A stretch of DNA of 63,930 nt, the filler included, from Actinomycetota bacterium (GTDB lineage Bacteria; Actinomycetota; CADDZG01; JAHWKV01; JAOPZY01), in assembly GCA_025963875.1 (NCBI GenBank). It is 7 parts of 7 records of this genome, joined end to end, with 100 filler letters (N's around TTAATTAATTAA, not from the genome) between each part and the next. Parts side by side here need not be neighbours in the genome. Positions count along the whole stretch, not along the records: positions 1 to 4,372 come from JAOPZY010000083.1; positions 4,473 to 13,324 come from JAOPZY010000085.1; 5 more parts are not named here. The stretch is one strand, 5' to 3'. The position numbers and the translations under genes were made by a program. This document shows positions 1 to 8,921 of the stretch, piece after piece. Every line of letters starts with the position of its first letter. The stretch's first letter is position 1. The notes under the pieces were generated by a model. The model worked only from the letters and a program-made list of their open reading frames with translations. It was not told the DNA's origin and made no database searches.

Positions 1-93
1 GCCGGCTTCCAAGCCAGGCTCGATAACGCTTCTGACTTCGGGTCGTCTGAGGCGCGTGAGGACGCTGGTGTCCACCAGGTGCGTCAGCGCCAC
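1..93 (-). CDS. vapC: VapC PIN-domain toxin, N-terminal part (runs off window)
   Basis: Manual translation MALTHLVDTSVLTRLRRPEVRSVIEPGLEAG has the PIN N-terminal DTS motif; GTG start overlaps the antitoxin 3' end. Confidence 0.8.
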   Translation of the reverse strand, partial: MALTHLVDTSVLTRLRRPEVRSVIEPGLEAG

Positions 94-278
94 GCTTGGT
101 CGCGTTCGACCAGATCTGCGTGGGCCAGAACGTCAAGCGATCTCTTCACTGCCGCCCTTCGATTCTCTGCTGCCCGGCGGAGCGCCTCATTGACCGTGTC
201 CTTGATGGTGTGGGTACCCAGCCCAGCCCGAGCTGCATCCAAGGCCTGTTCGTCGATGTCTACCAGACGCTTCGTCAC
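84..278 (-). CDS. vapB: VapB-type antitoxin (DUF2191/RHH-like)
   Basis: 64 aa MTKRLVDIDEQALDAARAGLGTHTIKDTVNEALRR resembles actinobacterial VapB; directly upstream of PIN toxin; TATACT 6 nt before the start. Confidence 0.85.
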   Translation of the reverse strand: MTKRLVDIDEQALDAARAGLGTHTIKDTVNEALRRAAENRRAAVKRSLDVLAHADLVERDQAWR

Positions 279-323
279 GTTGTGAGTATATATCAGGACT
301 CAGGCGATATATCCATCGGAAGG

Positions 324-466
324 GTAGCTCACCGTTCTCCGCCGCACATCGTCGGCCCTGGCGACGAGCACGCCTTGGCCGCTGAGGGGGAGAGGAACAT
401 CGCCGCTTGGCCCGCGGAGTTGCCCGGGCCGGCGACCACAATCCGGGCGCCAGTGCACTGGCGAGC
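324..466 (-). pseudogene. Decayed fragment of thioredoxin reductase-like FAD oxidoreductase
   Basis: Manual translation ARQCTGARIVVAGPGNSAGQAAMFLS, then frameshift to VLVARADDVRRRTVSY; resembles the VVGGGNSAGQAA NADPH-binding segment; no start, no full ORF. Confidence 0.6.
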
Positions 467-616
467 GCTCCGCCTGGGCAAACGCCTCCTTCAGCTGACC
501 GCCGGAGGGAAGGCCCCGGAGTTCGGCAAAATCCCGCGCATAGAAGGCCGTCGCAGAATGGCGACCCGAGGTAGCGCTTGTCGGGAACTCCGCGCCACCC
601 AGGGCCGGAGGAGGAG

Positions 617-664
617 GAGTTGGGAGCCCCTAGCGCGCGCATACGCGCGATTCGCTCCCAACTT
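617..664. repeat. 48-bp palindromic element
   Basis: AGTTGGGAGC ... GCTCCCAACT outer arms with inner CGCGCG-cata-CGCGCG. Confidence 0.7.
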
Positions 665-1582
665 GGCACCAGGGCTGGTCGGAAAGGGAGCAATTCGGGC
701 GGAAAACGGGCCGCATACAACCTCGGAGGCCCCCTCTCAGTGGAATTTCGCGACGGCCTGATAAGCAGGAAAACTTCCAGACCTGTGCGTCCAGCAGTTC
801 GGCCGCCGCCAGCTGAAGGGGGGTGACGCGTAGCGGCGCAACCGAGCGACAAGCTCACGGCGGCCAGCCGGTGTGAGTCCGGTCCGGGGAGACGCCAAGG
901 TCCCCAGCAGCGAAGCCCCCGGCGTCGGTCGAGATGCCGATCAGAGCCCGGCTGCCGACAAAGGTGCCGTCGTTCCCGCGAACCACCAGCCCGGCAATCC
1001 CCGTTTTGGTCGTCTTCGGGACGGAGAAAGCGGACAAAACAGAGTCGTAATCAACTCGCAATCCTCCCGAAACGTCTGGCAGATATCTTGAGGCCCAAAA
1101 CTTGCCCGAAGTCGAGAGTTGAGGAGATTCTCGACCTGGGGCCGAGGGCCTAGGCGTCTTGCCAAGGAGGCGACGGCCGGGAGGGGGTGAGGCCTGAACG
1201 AGCTTCCTTGGTGCGGCGGGGGATGCCTTTCGGAGAGGGTTCGCCGGTCCTGCGGTCAGCACGATGACCGCTTGAGGATCTTTCTGCGGGGCCAATCGTA
1301 GCCTCCGGGCGAGGCTTGCCGGCGCTGGCAGCACCAACATGCAAACCGTCGAGAGGCGGTTGCGCATCCGGGCGGGGATCACCAGGCTGACCCTGCATCA
1401 CCCTTCCTGGCCACTGGTGCGATGGCGCGCGGCCAAGTGTTGAGTCCGGACCAGACCAACGGATCATTTCCGGTCCCCGAGCGCGGGCAGATTCGTCGCG
1501 GCTCTCGGGAGGGAGACCAACAAGTTCCGCCTCCAATGGAGGTTGGTCGGCACATCGTGAAGAGGAAGAGGAGGAGTCACCA

Positions 1583-2467
1583 ATGGCCAAGTTCCGTAGT
1601 AGCAAACGTCCGCTGCCCGGCCGAGATGGGGATAGCGAATACCGCAAGGGGTTCGTCCGTGGGGCCTGGCTTGGCGGTGCCGGCGTGCTTCTCGGGTTGG
1701 GAGGAATGCTGAGCGTCGCGATGGCCTATGGGCTCGGGGGTGCTCCCAGACAGGCGCCCCGCACGTCCAAGGTTCCAGCGATAGCGCAGGCTCCCATCGC
1801 GGGAGCCATGCCCGCAGCACAGGCTCCGGCGGCGGTACCGGCAGCCGTGCAACCGGCAGCGGTCCCGGTGGCGATGCCCGCCCCGGACGTCGTACGGCCG
1901 GCCGTCACTGCGCCCAAGTCCGCGAGCGGGCAGGCAACGGTCGCCGCGGCTCCGGCGGCTACCACAAGCGCCACCTGCCCGGACAGCGTCGTTACGGCGG
2001 CGCTGACCGCCTTCGTCGCCCACCTCGACGTCGCCCACTTCCAGCGGTCCCCACTGCAGCAGTTGGGCGACATCCTCAACACCGACCAGTACGTCAAGAC
2101 GCACACGGTCCTCGCGCAGAACATGCTCCAGGGCCTCTTCGACGCCATCTCGGGTGCCTGCTCGGCCCCGGGTGCGCCCGCCACCACGCCGAGCACGCCG
2201 GCGCCCACGGGCACGCCGGTGCCGGTGAAGATCGCCCAGCTCGCCTTCAGCCCGGCCAGCGTCACCGTGCCCGTCGGAGGCACCGTCATCTGGACCAACA
2301 GCGACCAGGTGGAGCACACCGTCACCTCGATGGGGCGAGGCCCGCTCGGCTCGGCCACGATCGGCACCGGCGGTACCTACAGCTATACGTTCACGACGCC
2401 GGGCACCTACATGTACTACTGCGCAGTCCATCCCGACATGATGGGAACGGTGGTGGTCAGCGGCTGA
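1583..2467 (+). CDS. Membrane-anchored/secreted cupredoxin (plastocyanin/amicyanin-like) domain protein
   Basis: SD GAGGAG; TM segment, Ala/Pro linker, C-terminal FSPASVTVPVGGTVIWTN..HTVT..YYCAVHPDM with type-1 copper ligands H, C, H, M. Confidence 0.9.
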   Translation: MAKFRSSKRPLPGRDGDSEYRKGFVRGAWLGGAGVLLGLGGMLSVAMAYGLGGAPRQAPRTSKVPAIAQAPIAGAMPAAQAPAAVPAAVQPAAVPVAMPAPDVVRPAVTAPKSASGQATVAAAPAATTSATCPDSVVTAALTAFVAHLDVAHFQRSPLQQLGDILNTDQYVKTHTVLAQNMLQGLFDAISGACSAPGAPATTPSTPAPTGTPVPVKIAQLAFSPASVTVPVGGTVIWTNSDQVEHTVTSMGRGPLGSATIGTGGTYSYTFTTPGTYMYYCAVHPDMMGTVVVSG

Positions 2468-2489
2468 CCGCCCAGCGCGGGATGGACGA

Positions 2490-3101
2490 GTGGACCCTCC
2501 CCGCTTGAGCGTGGCGCCTGGTCACCATACCGCCGCGGAGCATGCACCCCGGTCACCGTGGCGGGTGACCGGGGTCCTTGCCCTCGTCGGGGCAGGAATG
2601 ATCCATGCGGCAGCGATGCCGCCACACCTGCGCGAATGGTGGCTCGCCGGGCTCTTCTTCGCCGGCATCAGCGCAGCGGAGTTCTGCCTCGGCTTTCTGG
2701 CGCTGATCGTGGCGTCGCGCTGGCTGTGGCTGCTTGCCACGGGCATCAGCATCGCCACCATGGCCGTCTGGGCCTTCTCCCGGATCTGGGGCATGCCCGT
2801 GGGACCCAGGGCCTGGCAGCGGGAGGCGGTGGGATGGCCCGACTACTTCTCGACCGTTCTCGAAGCCATGACCGCCGGCGCGTTCCTGGCCCTCGCCTAT
2901 CCCGCCCCGGCCGCCGGGCGCCGCCGCTCCCTGGCCGCTGCAGTGGGCGGGATGGTGATCGTGGCCGTCCTGACCGGCATCGCACTCTGGTCGCTCCACG
3001 GCCCGCAGCGCCGCGCTTTCGGGATCGGCGGTGATACGAGCGGCATCGCCGGATCCACCTCGCCACACACCCGTGACGGACTGACTCCAGGAAGGACGTG
3101 A
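2490..3101 (+). CDS. Integral membrane protein with His-containing helices
   Basis: 203 aa, about 5 hydrophobic segments, AGMIHAAAMPPHLREWW motif; tightly packed between cupredoxin and YceI genes; start uncertain. Confidence 0.75.
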   Translation: MDPPRLSVAPGHHTAAEHAPRSPWRVTGVLALVGAGMIHAAAMPPHLREWWLAGLFFAGISAAEFCLGFLALIVASRWLWLLATGISIATMAVWAFSRIWGMPVGPRAWQREAVGWPDYFSTVLEAMTAGAFLALAYPAPAAGRRRSLAAAVGGMVIVAVLTGIALWSLHGPQRRAFGIGGDTSGIAGSTSPHTRDGLTPGRT

Positions 3102-3108
3102 GGTAACG

Positions 3109-3918
3109 ATGAAGAGAGCTTTCAAAGTCAGCCCGAGGCTCCTGGGTGGGATCGGGGTGGCCCTGGTCGTCCTGGTGGCGGGTGGCTTCTTGGCTATCAA
3201 GACCATCGAGGGCAGCTCCCCCCCGCCGCTCACGGCCCCGGTGGCAACGACGAGCCCCACGGTCTCACCGGCTGCTGCCCGTACGTCTTCGCCCACCCCC
3301 ACGGTCTTGCCGGCTGCTGCCGCCAGTTCTCCGCTCAGCCCCAGGGTCTTGCCGGCTGCTGCGGCCGTTTCTTCGCCCAGCCCGACACCCCCACCCAGCT
3401 ACGACGGCACCTGGCACGTCGGGACCGGCTCCGTGGCCGGGTACCGGGTGAGGGAGACGCTGTTCGGCGCCAGCAACATCGCCGTCGGCCGCACGAGCAC
3501 CATCACCGGATCGCTGACCGTGGCCGCCGGGAAGCTCACGGCCGGCAGCTTCAGCGTCGACGTCGCATCGGTCAAGAGCGACCGCAGCGCCCGGGACGAC
3601 TCCTTCAAGGTTCGCATCATGGAGGTGGGGACGTATCCGGCTGCCACGTTCAACCTCACCCAGCCGGTCGACGTCGGCCGCCTCGTTTCGGGCTCCGGCC
3701 ACCAGGTTGTCAATGTGACGGGGAACCTCGAGCTTCACGGGGCAACGAAGCCCGTGACGTTCCCAGTGAGCGTCACGCGGGTTGGTACAACCGTCAACGT
3801 GACCGGGTCCATCCCGGTCACGTTCGCCGATTACGGGATCGCCAACCCGAGCAACCCCATCGCCCAGACAGAGAGCAGCGGAACATTGGAGTTCTCCCTC
3901 AACTTCGTGCGGAGGTAG
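3109..3918 (+). CDS. YceI family (polyisoprenoid-binding) protein
   Basis: N-terminal TM, then GTWHV..SVAGYRVRE..AVGRT..SD..RD..GNLELHGATKPV, characteristic of YceI. Confidence 0.9.
   Translation: MKRAFKVSPRLLGGIGVALVVLVAGGFLAIKTIEGSSPPPLTAPVATTSPTVSPAAARTSSPTPTVLPAAAASSPLSPRVLPAAAAVSSPSPTPPPSYDGTWHVGTGSVAGYRVRETLFGASNIAVGRTSTITGSLTVAAGKLTAGSFSVDVASVKSDRSARDDSFKVRIMEVGTYPAATFNLTQPVDVGRLVSGSGHQVVNVTGNLELHGATKPVTFPVSVTRVGTTVNVTGSIPVTFADYGIANPSNPIAQTESSGTLEFSLNFVRR
3256..3381 (+). repeat. 3 x 42-nt in-frame tandem repeat in YceI linker
   Basis: PTVSPAAARTSSPT / PTVLPAAAASSPLS / PRVLPAAAAVSSPS. Confidence 0.75.
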
Positions 3919-4048
3919 GTTCAGAAAGCAAGCAAGGACCCCCGAAGGCCGGAGCGACGCCCCGCCGAGCGGCACGAGGGATGCTGAGGGAGGCGTCATG
4001 GAATCCTCCCGACCTGGCTGATCGCCTACCGGAGCGGGCCGGGAGGTT

Positions 4049-4107
4049 CAAGAATTCTTTGCTTCCCTCACCGCGCTATACGCGGTAGGACAAGCAAAGA
4101 ATTCTTG
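4049..4107. repeat. 59-bp palindromic element (second copy at ~33335)
   Basis: Perfect 16-bp arms CAAGAATTCTTTGCTT/AAGCAAAGAATTCTTG with inner ACCGCG-ctata-CGCGGT. Confidence 0.85.
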
Positions 4108-4227
4108 GGCAGACCCGCCTCGGTTCCGGGGGCAGCAGCTAAGACAGACAGGGAGACGATACCCCGAGCACCCGGCCGGATTCGTCTCCCGAGAAGGACC
4201 TACTCCCAGTACCAGGGGTTCGGGCGT

Positions 4228-4269
4228 CGCTGCGAAGATGGTGGGGACGAGATCACCATCTTCGCAGCG
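4228..4269. terminator. 16-bp perfect stem-loop, probable terminator or palindromic element
   Basis: CGCTGCGAAGATGGTG-N10-CACCATCTTCGCAGCG, just downstream of a minus-strand stop at 4297. Confidence 0.5.
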
Positions 4270-4296
4270 CTCGGCCACGGCCGCCGAGCAAGACGC

Positions 4297-4371
4297 TCAG
4301 TCAACGAAGTACCAGCTCCCGTCCGGCTCGCGTCGCATCATTGACGTGCCTGCGCCGCTGCGCTCTCTCAC
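4297..4371 (-). CDS. C-terminal fragment of unknown protein (contig-truncated)
   Basis: Manual translation VRERSGAGTSMMRREPDGSWYFVD* resembles NTF2-like C-termini; too short to assign. Confidence 0.35.
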   Translation of the reverse strand: MRERSGAGTSMMRREPDGSWYFVD

Positions 4372-4372
4372 G

Positions 4373-4472
4373 NNNNNNNNNNNNNNNNNNNNNNNNNNNN
4401 NNNNNNNNNNNNNNNNTTAATTAATTAANNNNNNNNNNNNNNNNNNNNNNNNNNNNNNNNNNNNNNNNNNNN
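4373..4472. other. Artificial contig linker
   Basis: N44-TTAATTAATTAA-N44, stops in all six frames. Confidence 0.99.
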
Positions 4473-4535
4473 ACCTGTCGCGAGGCGGGGACGCAAAGTC
4501 ACGGGACTCCCAGGAGTCAGCCGGACTGCACAGAG
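4473..4535 (+). ncRNA. Cyclic di-GMP-I (GEMM) riboswitch aptamer, 5'-truncated by contig edge
   Basis: ACCTGTC-GCGA-GGCGGG-GACGCAAAGTCACGG..AGCCGGACTGC matches the GEMM consensus (P2 GNRA loop, GACGCAAAG junction, P3, GCCG..YTRC); 3' end abuts the SD of the next gene. Confidence 0.85.
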
Positions 4536-4546
4536 AGGAAGCATGC

Positions 4547-4936
4547 ATGCGCATCACCACCCCCATCCGGGCGCTCATCGCGGCCGGTTCCATCGCTGCC
4601 GTCATGGCTGTCGGCTCGGCGTTCACTGCCAGCAACTCGGTTCCCGCCACTGCCACCGTCGGCTACGGGGAGACCACGATCAGCGGCGTCACCGCCAGCT
4701 CGATCGTCTACAACACGAACGCCGCGGGGAACCTCCTCACCTCGGTGACGGTGACCCTCGCCGGGGACACCACCACGAAGGACATCAAGGTCAACTTCAA
4801 CACCGATGCCGCGACCCTCGTCACCGGCACGTTCCTGTCGCCGAGCACGACCTACACGTTCACCCCAGGCACGCCGCCGACCGCCAACAGCGTCACGAGC
4901 TTCGCCGTCGCCGCCAGCGACCACGTGGGCGGCTAG
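4547..4936 (+). CDS. Small secreted Thr/Ser-rich protein, putative substrate of the adjacent SipW-type peptidase
   Basis: 129 aa; signal peptide ending GSA-FTASNSVP; beta-strand-like mature region; SD GAGAGGA. Confidence 0.85.
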   Translation: MRITTPIRALIAAGSIAAVMAVGSAFTASNSVPATATVGYGETTISGVTASSIVYNTNAAGNLLTSVTVTLAGDTTTKDIKVNFNTDAATLVTGTFLSPSTTYTFTPGTPPTANSVTSFAVAASDHVGG

Positions 4937-5025
4937 ATCCCAACGCAGCCTGTGATGGCCGGGGGCCCGGAGCAAACCGGGCCCCCAGCCCCCCTTCAAA
5001 AGCACGCGGCACCCCGAGGGACCCC

Positions 5026-6717
5026 ATGACACGACGAAGCCGCACCCTCTTCCTGACGGCCATCGCTTTCCTCCTTCTCTTCGGCAGCGTCTGGATACTC
5101 TTCGCGCCCAGGGCGGTCGGCGGCCATGCCAGCTACGTGGGCACACACGGGATCAGCATGGAGCCCGTCTTCCACACGGGCGACCTCGTCGTGGTGCGCC
5201 AGCAGAGCCAGTACCGCAGTGGGGAGGTGGTGGCCTACCAGAGCCATCTCCTGAACGTCACGGTCCTGCACCGCATCATCGGCCGCGACGGCAACCGCTT
5301 CGTCACCAAGGGCGACAACAACTCCTTCGTCGATGCCGACCACCCACTCCCCTCGGATATTTTCGGTGCGGAGTGGATGCTGATCGCCCGGGGCGGCACC
5401 GCCGTCGGCTGGCTGCGTCAGCCGGCGCATGCTGTGCCCGTCGCCGTCGGCCTGGCACTCGTTGTCGGCGGAGGGTTCGGCGCCAACAGCTCGCGGCGGC
5501 GGCGTGGCCGCAACGGCACCCGCCACCCGCGTCCCCCGAAGGGCTCCGCGATCGCCTTCGGCGCCTGGCAGGTCTCCATCGCCGCACTCACTGCGACGCT
5601 GCTCTGCCTCGCCCTCACCTGGATTGCGTTTCACCGACCCAGTACCACAGCGAAGACGGTGACGTATGTCCAGGAGGGGCAGTTCACCTACGGCGCGCCG
5701 GTTGCCGTCGGGCCGGTCTACCAGCGACCCACCCTCGCCACCGGCGACCCGATCTTCCTGCGCCTGGTCCCCAGGCTGGACGTCACGTTCGACTACACCT
5801 TCCAGGCCCCCGGAGCGCACGAGGTCGGGGGGACGGTGGCGATCGGCGTCGAACTGGCTGGCGCGAATGGCTGGACGCGGAGCTTGCCCGAGGGACCGGC
5901 AACGACCTTCCTGGGGGACCAGGCCACGGCCGGCACCAGTTTGGATTTCGTGCAACTGCGCTCCATGATCACCGAGGCCGAGAAGGCCACCGGTATCGTC
6001 GGGGGCAGCTACACCGTGAGGATCAGGCCGGACCTCCGGGTTGCCGGCTCCCTCTCGGGAAAGGCGTTGGCAGATGCGTTCTCCTCCCCGCTGAGCTTCA
6101 ACCTGACGGCAGACCAGCTGCTCCTTGCCCAGGGATCGACCCTGCGGGCCAGCAAGTCGGCCACCGTCACGGTGCCAGGCGCGACACCCCACCACCTTGT
6201 CTTCGAGGGCCGCAACATCGACGTCGCCCTCCTCCGCTGGGCATCGACCATCGGGGCGGGGTTCTTCCTCCTCACCGCGCTCTTTGCCGCACTGGCCGCC
6301 ACCCGCAAAAGGCCGGACCGCCGGGAGCGTGGGCGCATCTACGCCCGGTACCACCGGTCGTTGGTCCCGGTGACCTCCCTGGACGGGGTGGTCCCGATCC
6401 ACGTGATCGAGGTGCCCAACTTCGAAGCCCTCATGCGAATCGCCACGCACTACGAGCGCCTGGTGCTGGTACGGCGCGACGACGAACGAGCCGACACGTA
6501 TGCCGTAGAGGACGGCGGTGTCCAGTTCCGCTACCGATCGGGACGCCGGCGCCCCCAGCCCGAAGCCGCGGCTGGCACGCCGGCCGGTGCCGCTGGGAAG
6601 CGTTGGTTCCCGAAGGACTTCGGAACACGAGTGCCCCCCAAGGGCGTCGACTATCTCCCCCGGCACGCCTTGGAACCTTGCGAGGCGGAGGAAGGACCCC
6701 TGCTTCCTCTGCCATAG
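5026..6717 (+). CDS. SipW/ER-type signal peptidase I with long C-terminal extension (DUF5305-like)
   Basis: GISMEP..GDLVVV..HRII..FVTKGDNN Ser-His S26B motifs; extra TM helices and a large C-terminal domain; true start ATG 5026 lies inside track ORF 4543..6717. Confidence 0.9.
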   Translation: MTRRSRTLFLTAIAFLLLFGSVWILFAPRAVGGHASYVGTHGISMEPVFHTGDLVVVRQQSQYRSGEVVAYQSHLLNVTVLHRIIGRDGNRFVTKGDNNSFVDADHPLPSDIFGAEWMLIARGGTAVGWLRQPAHAVPVAVGLALVVGGGFGANSSRRRRGRNGTRHPRPPKGSAIAFGAWQVSIAALTATLLCLALTWIAFHRPSTTAKTVTYVQEGQFTYGAPVAVGPVYQRPTLATGDPIFLRLVPRLDVTFDYTFQAPGAHEVGGTVAIGVELAGANGWTRSLPEGPATTFLGDQATAGTSLDFVQLRSMITEAEKATGIVGGSYTVRIRPDLRVAGSLSGKALADAFSSPLSFNLTADQLLLAQGSTLRASKSATVTVPGATPHHLVFEGRNIDVALLRWASTIGAGFFLLTALFAALAATRKRPDRRERGRIYARYHRSLVPVTSLDGVVPIHVIEVPNFEALMRIATHYERLVLVRRDDERADTYAVEDGGVQFRYRSGRRRPQPEAAAGTPAGAAGKRWFPKDFGTRVPPKGVDYLPRHALEPCEAEEGPLLPLP

Positions 6718-6748
6718 CTTCCGGGTAGCAAAAGGCCGGCACTAGAAT

Positions 6749-6985
6749 GTGGCTGTGGTCCTTGCGGTGGGAGCCGTGGCCGCAGCTTTCGTCGCTGCCG
6801 TCGCGGTGTGCGTCTTTCTCGTCCTCCGGACCGTCGGCAGCCTCAAGGCGTTGAAGGCCAGCCTCAACGAGTTCCGTACCGAAGTGGAGCCGCTGGCCCG
6901 TGAGGTGATCGCCTTGGCGGAGGAGGCCGCGTCGCGGGCCGAGGGCCTCGCGGCGGCAGCGGGAGCAAGGGGCGGCAAACCGTGA
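6749..6985 (+). CDS. Small membrane-anchored coiled-coil protein upstream of tat genes
   Basis: N-terminal TM plus amphipathic helix; GTGA overlap with next gene. Confidence 0.7.
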   Translation: MAVVLAVGAVAAAFVAAVAVCVFLVLRTVGSLKALKASLNEFRTEVEPLAREVIALAEEAASRAEGLAAAAGARGGKP

Positions 6986-7263
6986 TGAACTTCGGGCCGA
7001 TCAAGCTGCTGTTCACCGCGGTGGCCGCCCTGCTGATCCTCGGCCCGAAGCGCCTCCCGGCCGCCCTACGGTCCTTCGCCAGGGCTATCGGCGAGCTGAA
7101 GAAGGCGAGCGCCGAGGTGACCGAGGAGCTGAAATCGGGGCTCGAGGCCGAACCGGAGAGCTCCTGGCTCGCTCCCACCCCCACATCGCGCCTGCCCCAG
7201 GTCCCGAGGGCCACTGCCACCGAGCCCCCGCCCGAGGAGGAGCTCCGCCCTGGCCCTCGCTGA
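6982..7263 (+). CDS. Twin-arginine translocase TatA/TatB family subunit
   Basis: ALLILGPKRLPAALRSFARAIGELKK motif; directly upstream of tatC. Confidence 0.9.
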   Translation: MMNFGPIKLLFTAVAALLILGPKRLPAALRSFARAIGELKKASAEVTEELKSGLEAEPESSWLAPTPTSRLPQVPRATATEPPPEEELRPGPR

Positions 7264-7288
7264 GCCGGAACCTCCGCCCCTGAAAGCC

Positions 7289-8029
7289 GTGCCGCCCTCC
7301 GAGCAGGGTGGCATGACCATCATCGAGCACCTCGAGGAGCTGCGGTCCCGCATCATCCGGATGTTGATCGCCTTCTGCGTGGCGGCGGTCGTGGCGTGGT
7401 TCCTCTACAACCCCATCCTGAGCTTCCTCATCATGCCGCTGCGCCACCTCCCGCAGGCCGCGAAGATCATCAAGGGCAGCGGGGCGCTCATCGTGACCTC
7501 GCCCACCGAACCGCTGTTCATCCGCCTCAAGGTCGTCAGCTTCTCGGCCCTCGCCCTGGCGTTGCCGGTGGTCCTGTGGGAGGTCTGGCGCTTCATCGCC
7601 CCCGGGCTCTACGCCAACGAGAAGCGCTACGCCATCCCCTTCGTCGGCTCGGCGCTGGCGCTGTTCGTCGGCGGGGTGGGCCTTGCGTTCTGGACGCTGC
7701 CCGCGGCCCTGCACTTCCTCACGGCGTTCTCGGGGAGCAGCATCCAGCTCCTGCCGCGGGCCTCCGAGTACCTGTCATTCGTCATGTTGCTGATCCTCGC
7801 CTTCGGGGTGGCGTTCGAGTTCCCGCTCGGGCTGCTGGCGCTCAGCCTGATGGGCGTGATCCCCAGCCGGAAGCTCCGCGCGTGGCGCCGCCCGGCGTGG
7901 GTGGTCATCCTCGTGCTCGCGGGTTTCCTCACGCCGGCCCAGGACCCGATCACCCAGGTCCTGCTCGCAGCCCCGATGGCTATCCTGTACGAGGCGACCA
8001 TCATCATCGCCCGCGTCCTCAAACGCTGA
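7289..8029 (+). CDS. tatC: Twin-arginine translocase subunit TatC
   Basis: MTIIEHLEELRSR, FIAPGLYANEKRY, FEFP, TPAQDP motifs. Confidence 0.97.
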   Translation: MPPSEQGGMTIIEHLEELRSRIIRMLIAFCVAAVVAWFLYNPILSFLIMPLRHLPQAAKIIKGSGALIVTSPTEPLFIRLKVVSFSALALALPVVLWEVWRFIAPGLYANEKRYAIPFVGSALALFVGGVGLAFWTLPAALHFLTAFSGSSIQLLPRASEYLSFVMLLILAFGVAFEFPLGLLALSLMGVIPSRKLRAWRRPAWVVILVLAGFLTPAQDPITQVLLAAPMAILYEATIIIARVLKR

Positions 8030-8093
8030 CGCAGGCGCCAACGCAGACACCGCCGCAGGCGCCGACGACTGGAAAGGTAGACTCGCCCCGCCC

Positions 8094-8819
8094 ATGTCCC
8101 CCAAGAGCAGAGCCACCCCCACCAGGCCGCCGGTCCGGTCGAAGACCGCACTTCCCGCCCCGAGGGTCGCCCCCAGGCGGATCCAGATCCCCTGGCACCG
8201 GCGCCGTCCGGTCCAGGCGGTCCTCGCCGTCGTCGTCGTGGGGCTGCTCGTCCTCGGGGTCACCCAGGGCCTCAGCACCTGGCATCACCACCAGGCCACG
8301 ATGAAGGCGAAGACGGGCGTCAAGGCATTCGACGCCGCCTACCAGACCGGCCTCACCCCGCTCTCGAACTTCTTCACCCAGGTGAACAACTCGCCGCAGC
8401 AGTTCGTGGGCGGGGTCATGACCCAGGCGACCTACGCCACCCAGACCGCCCAGTGGCTGGCCACCTTCCAGGCGCTGCGCAAGCAACTCTCCGACGCCAG
8501 CCCTCCCAAGGCCATCCAGGGGCCACGGGGGCTGTTGGTGCAGGCGACGGACATCTTCATCGACGGAGTCAGGGAGATGCAGCTCGCGGGGACGGTCAGC
8601 GACACGAGCCTGCGCAAAACGCTGACCGATCAGGGACGCAATATCATTTTCCATGGGACCTCGGTCTTCAAGAACGCGCAGATCGAGGAAGCCAAGGTTG
8701 TCAAATCGTTCCATTTGACTATCGGCGCCCCCGCCTCGGCCCTCCTGCAGCTCCCGGATGCACCGGCGGAGAATGCGCCGCCGGCACCAGCGCCCACTCC
8801 GGTTCCGTCGTCCAGCTAG
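8094..8819 (+). CDS. Hypothetical membrane-anchored helical protein
   Basis: Basic N-terminus, single TM, helical extracytoplasmic region; good codon bias. Confidence 0.75.
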   Translation: MSPKSRATPTRPPVRSKTALPAPRVAPRRIQIPWHRRRPVQAVLAVVVVGLLVLGVTQGLSTWHHHQATMKAKTGVKAFDAAYQTGLTPLSNFFTQVNNSPQQFVGGVMTQATYATQTAQWLATFQALRKQLSDASPPKAIQGPRGLLVQATDIFIDGVREMQLAGTVSDTSLRKTLTDQGRNIIFHGTSVFKNAQIEEAKVVKSFHLTIGAPASALLQLPDAPAENAPPAPAPTPVPSSS

Positions 8820-8921
8820 GGGGTCCAGGCCGGCGGCGGATCGGATGGGAATCCGGCACGTGCCGGGAGATTCGCGGGAGACTGGGGAGGTAACTCGGGT
8901 GGCGCCCGCGAGGTTCATGAC

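Noticed and set aside
4543..5025. His/Arg-rich N-terminal extension of the signal peptidase ORF
   Set aside because: Off-frame read of the real 4547..4936 gene; the peptidase starts at 5026.
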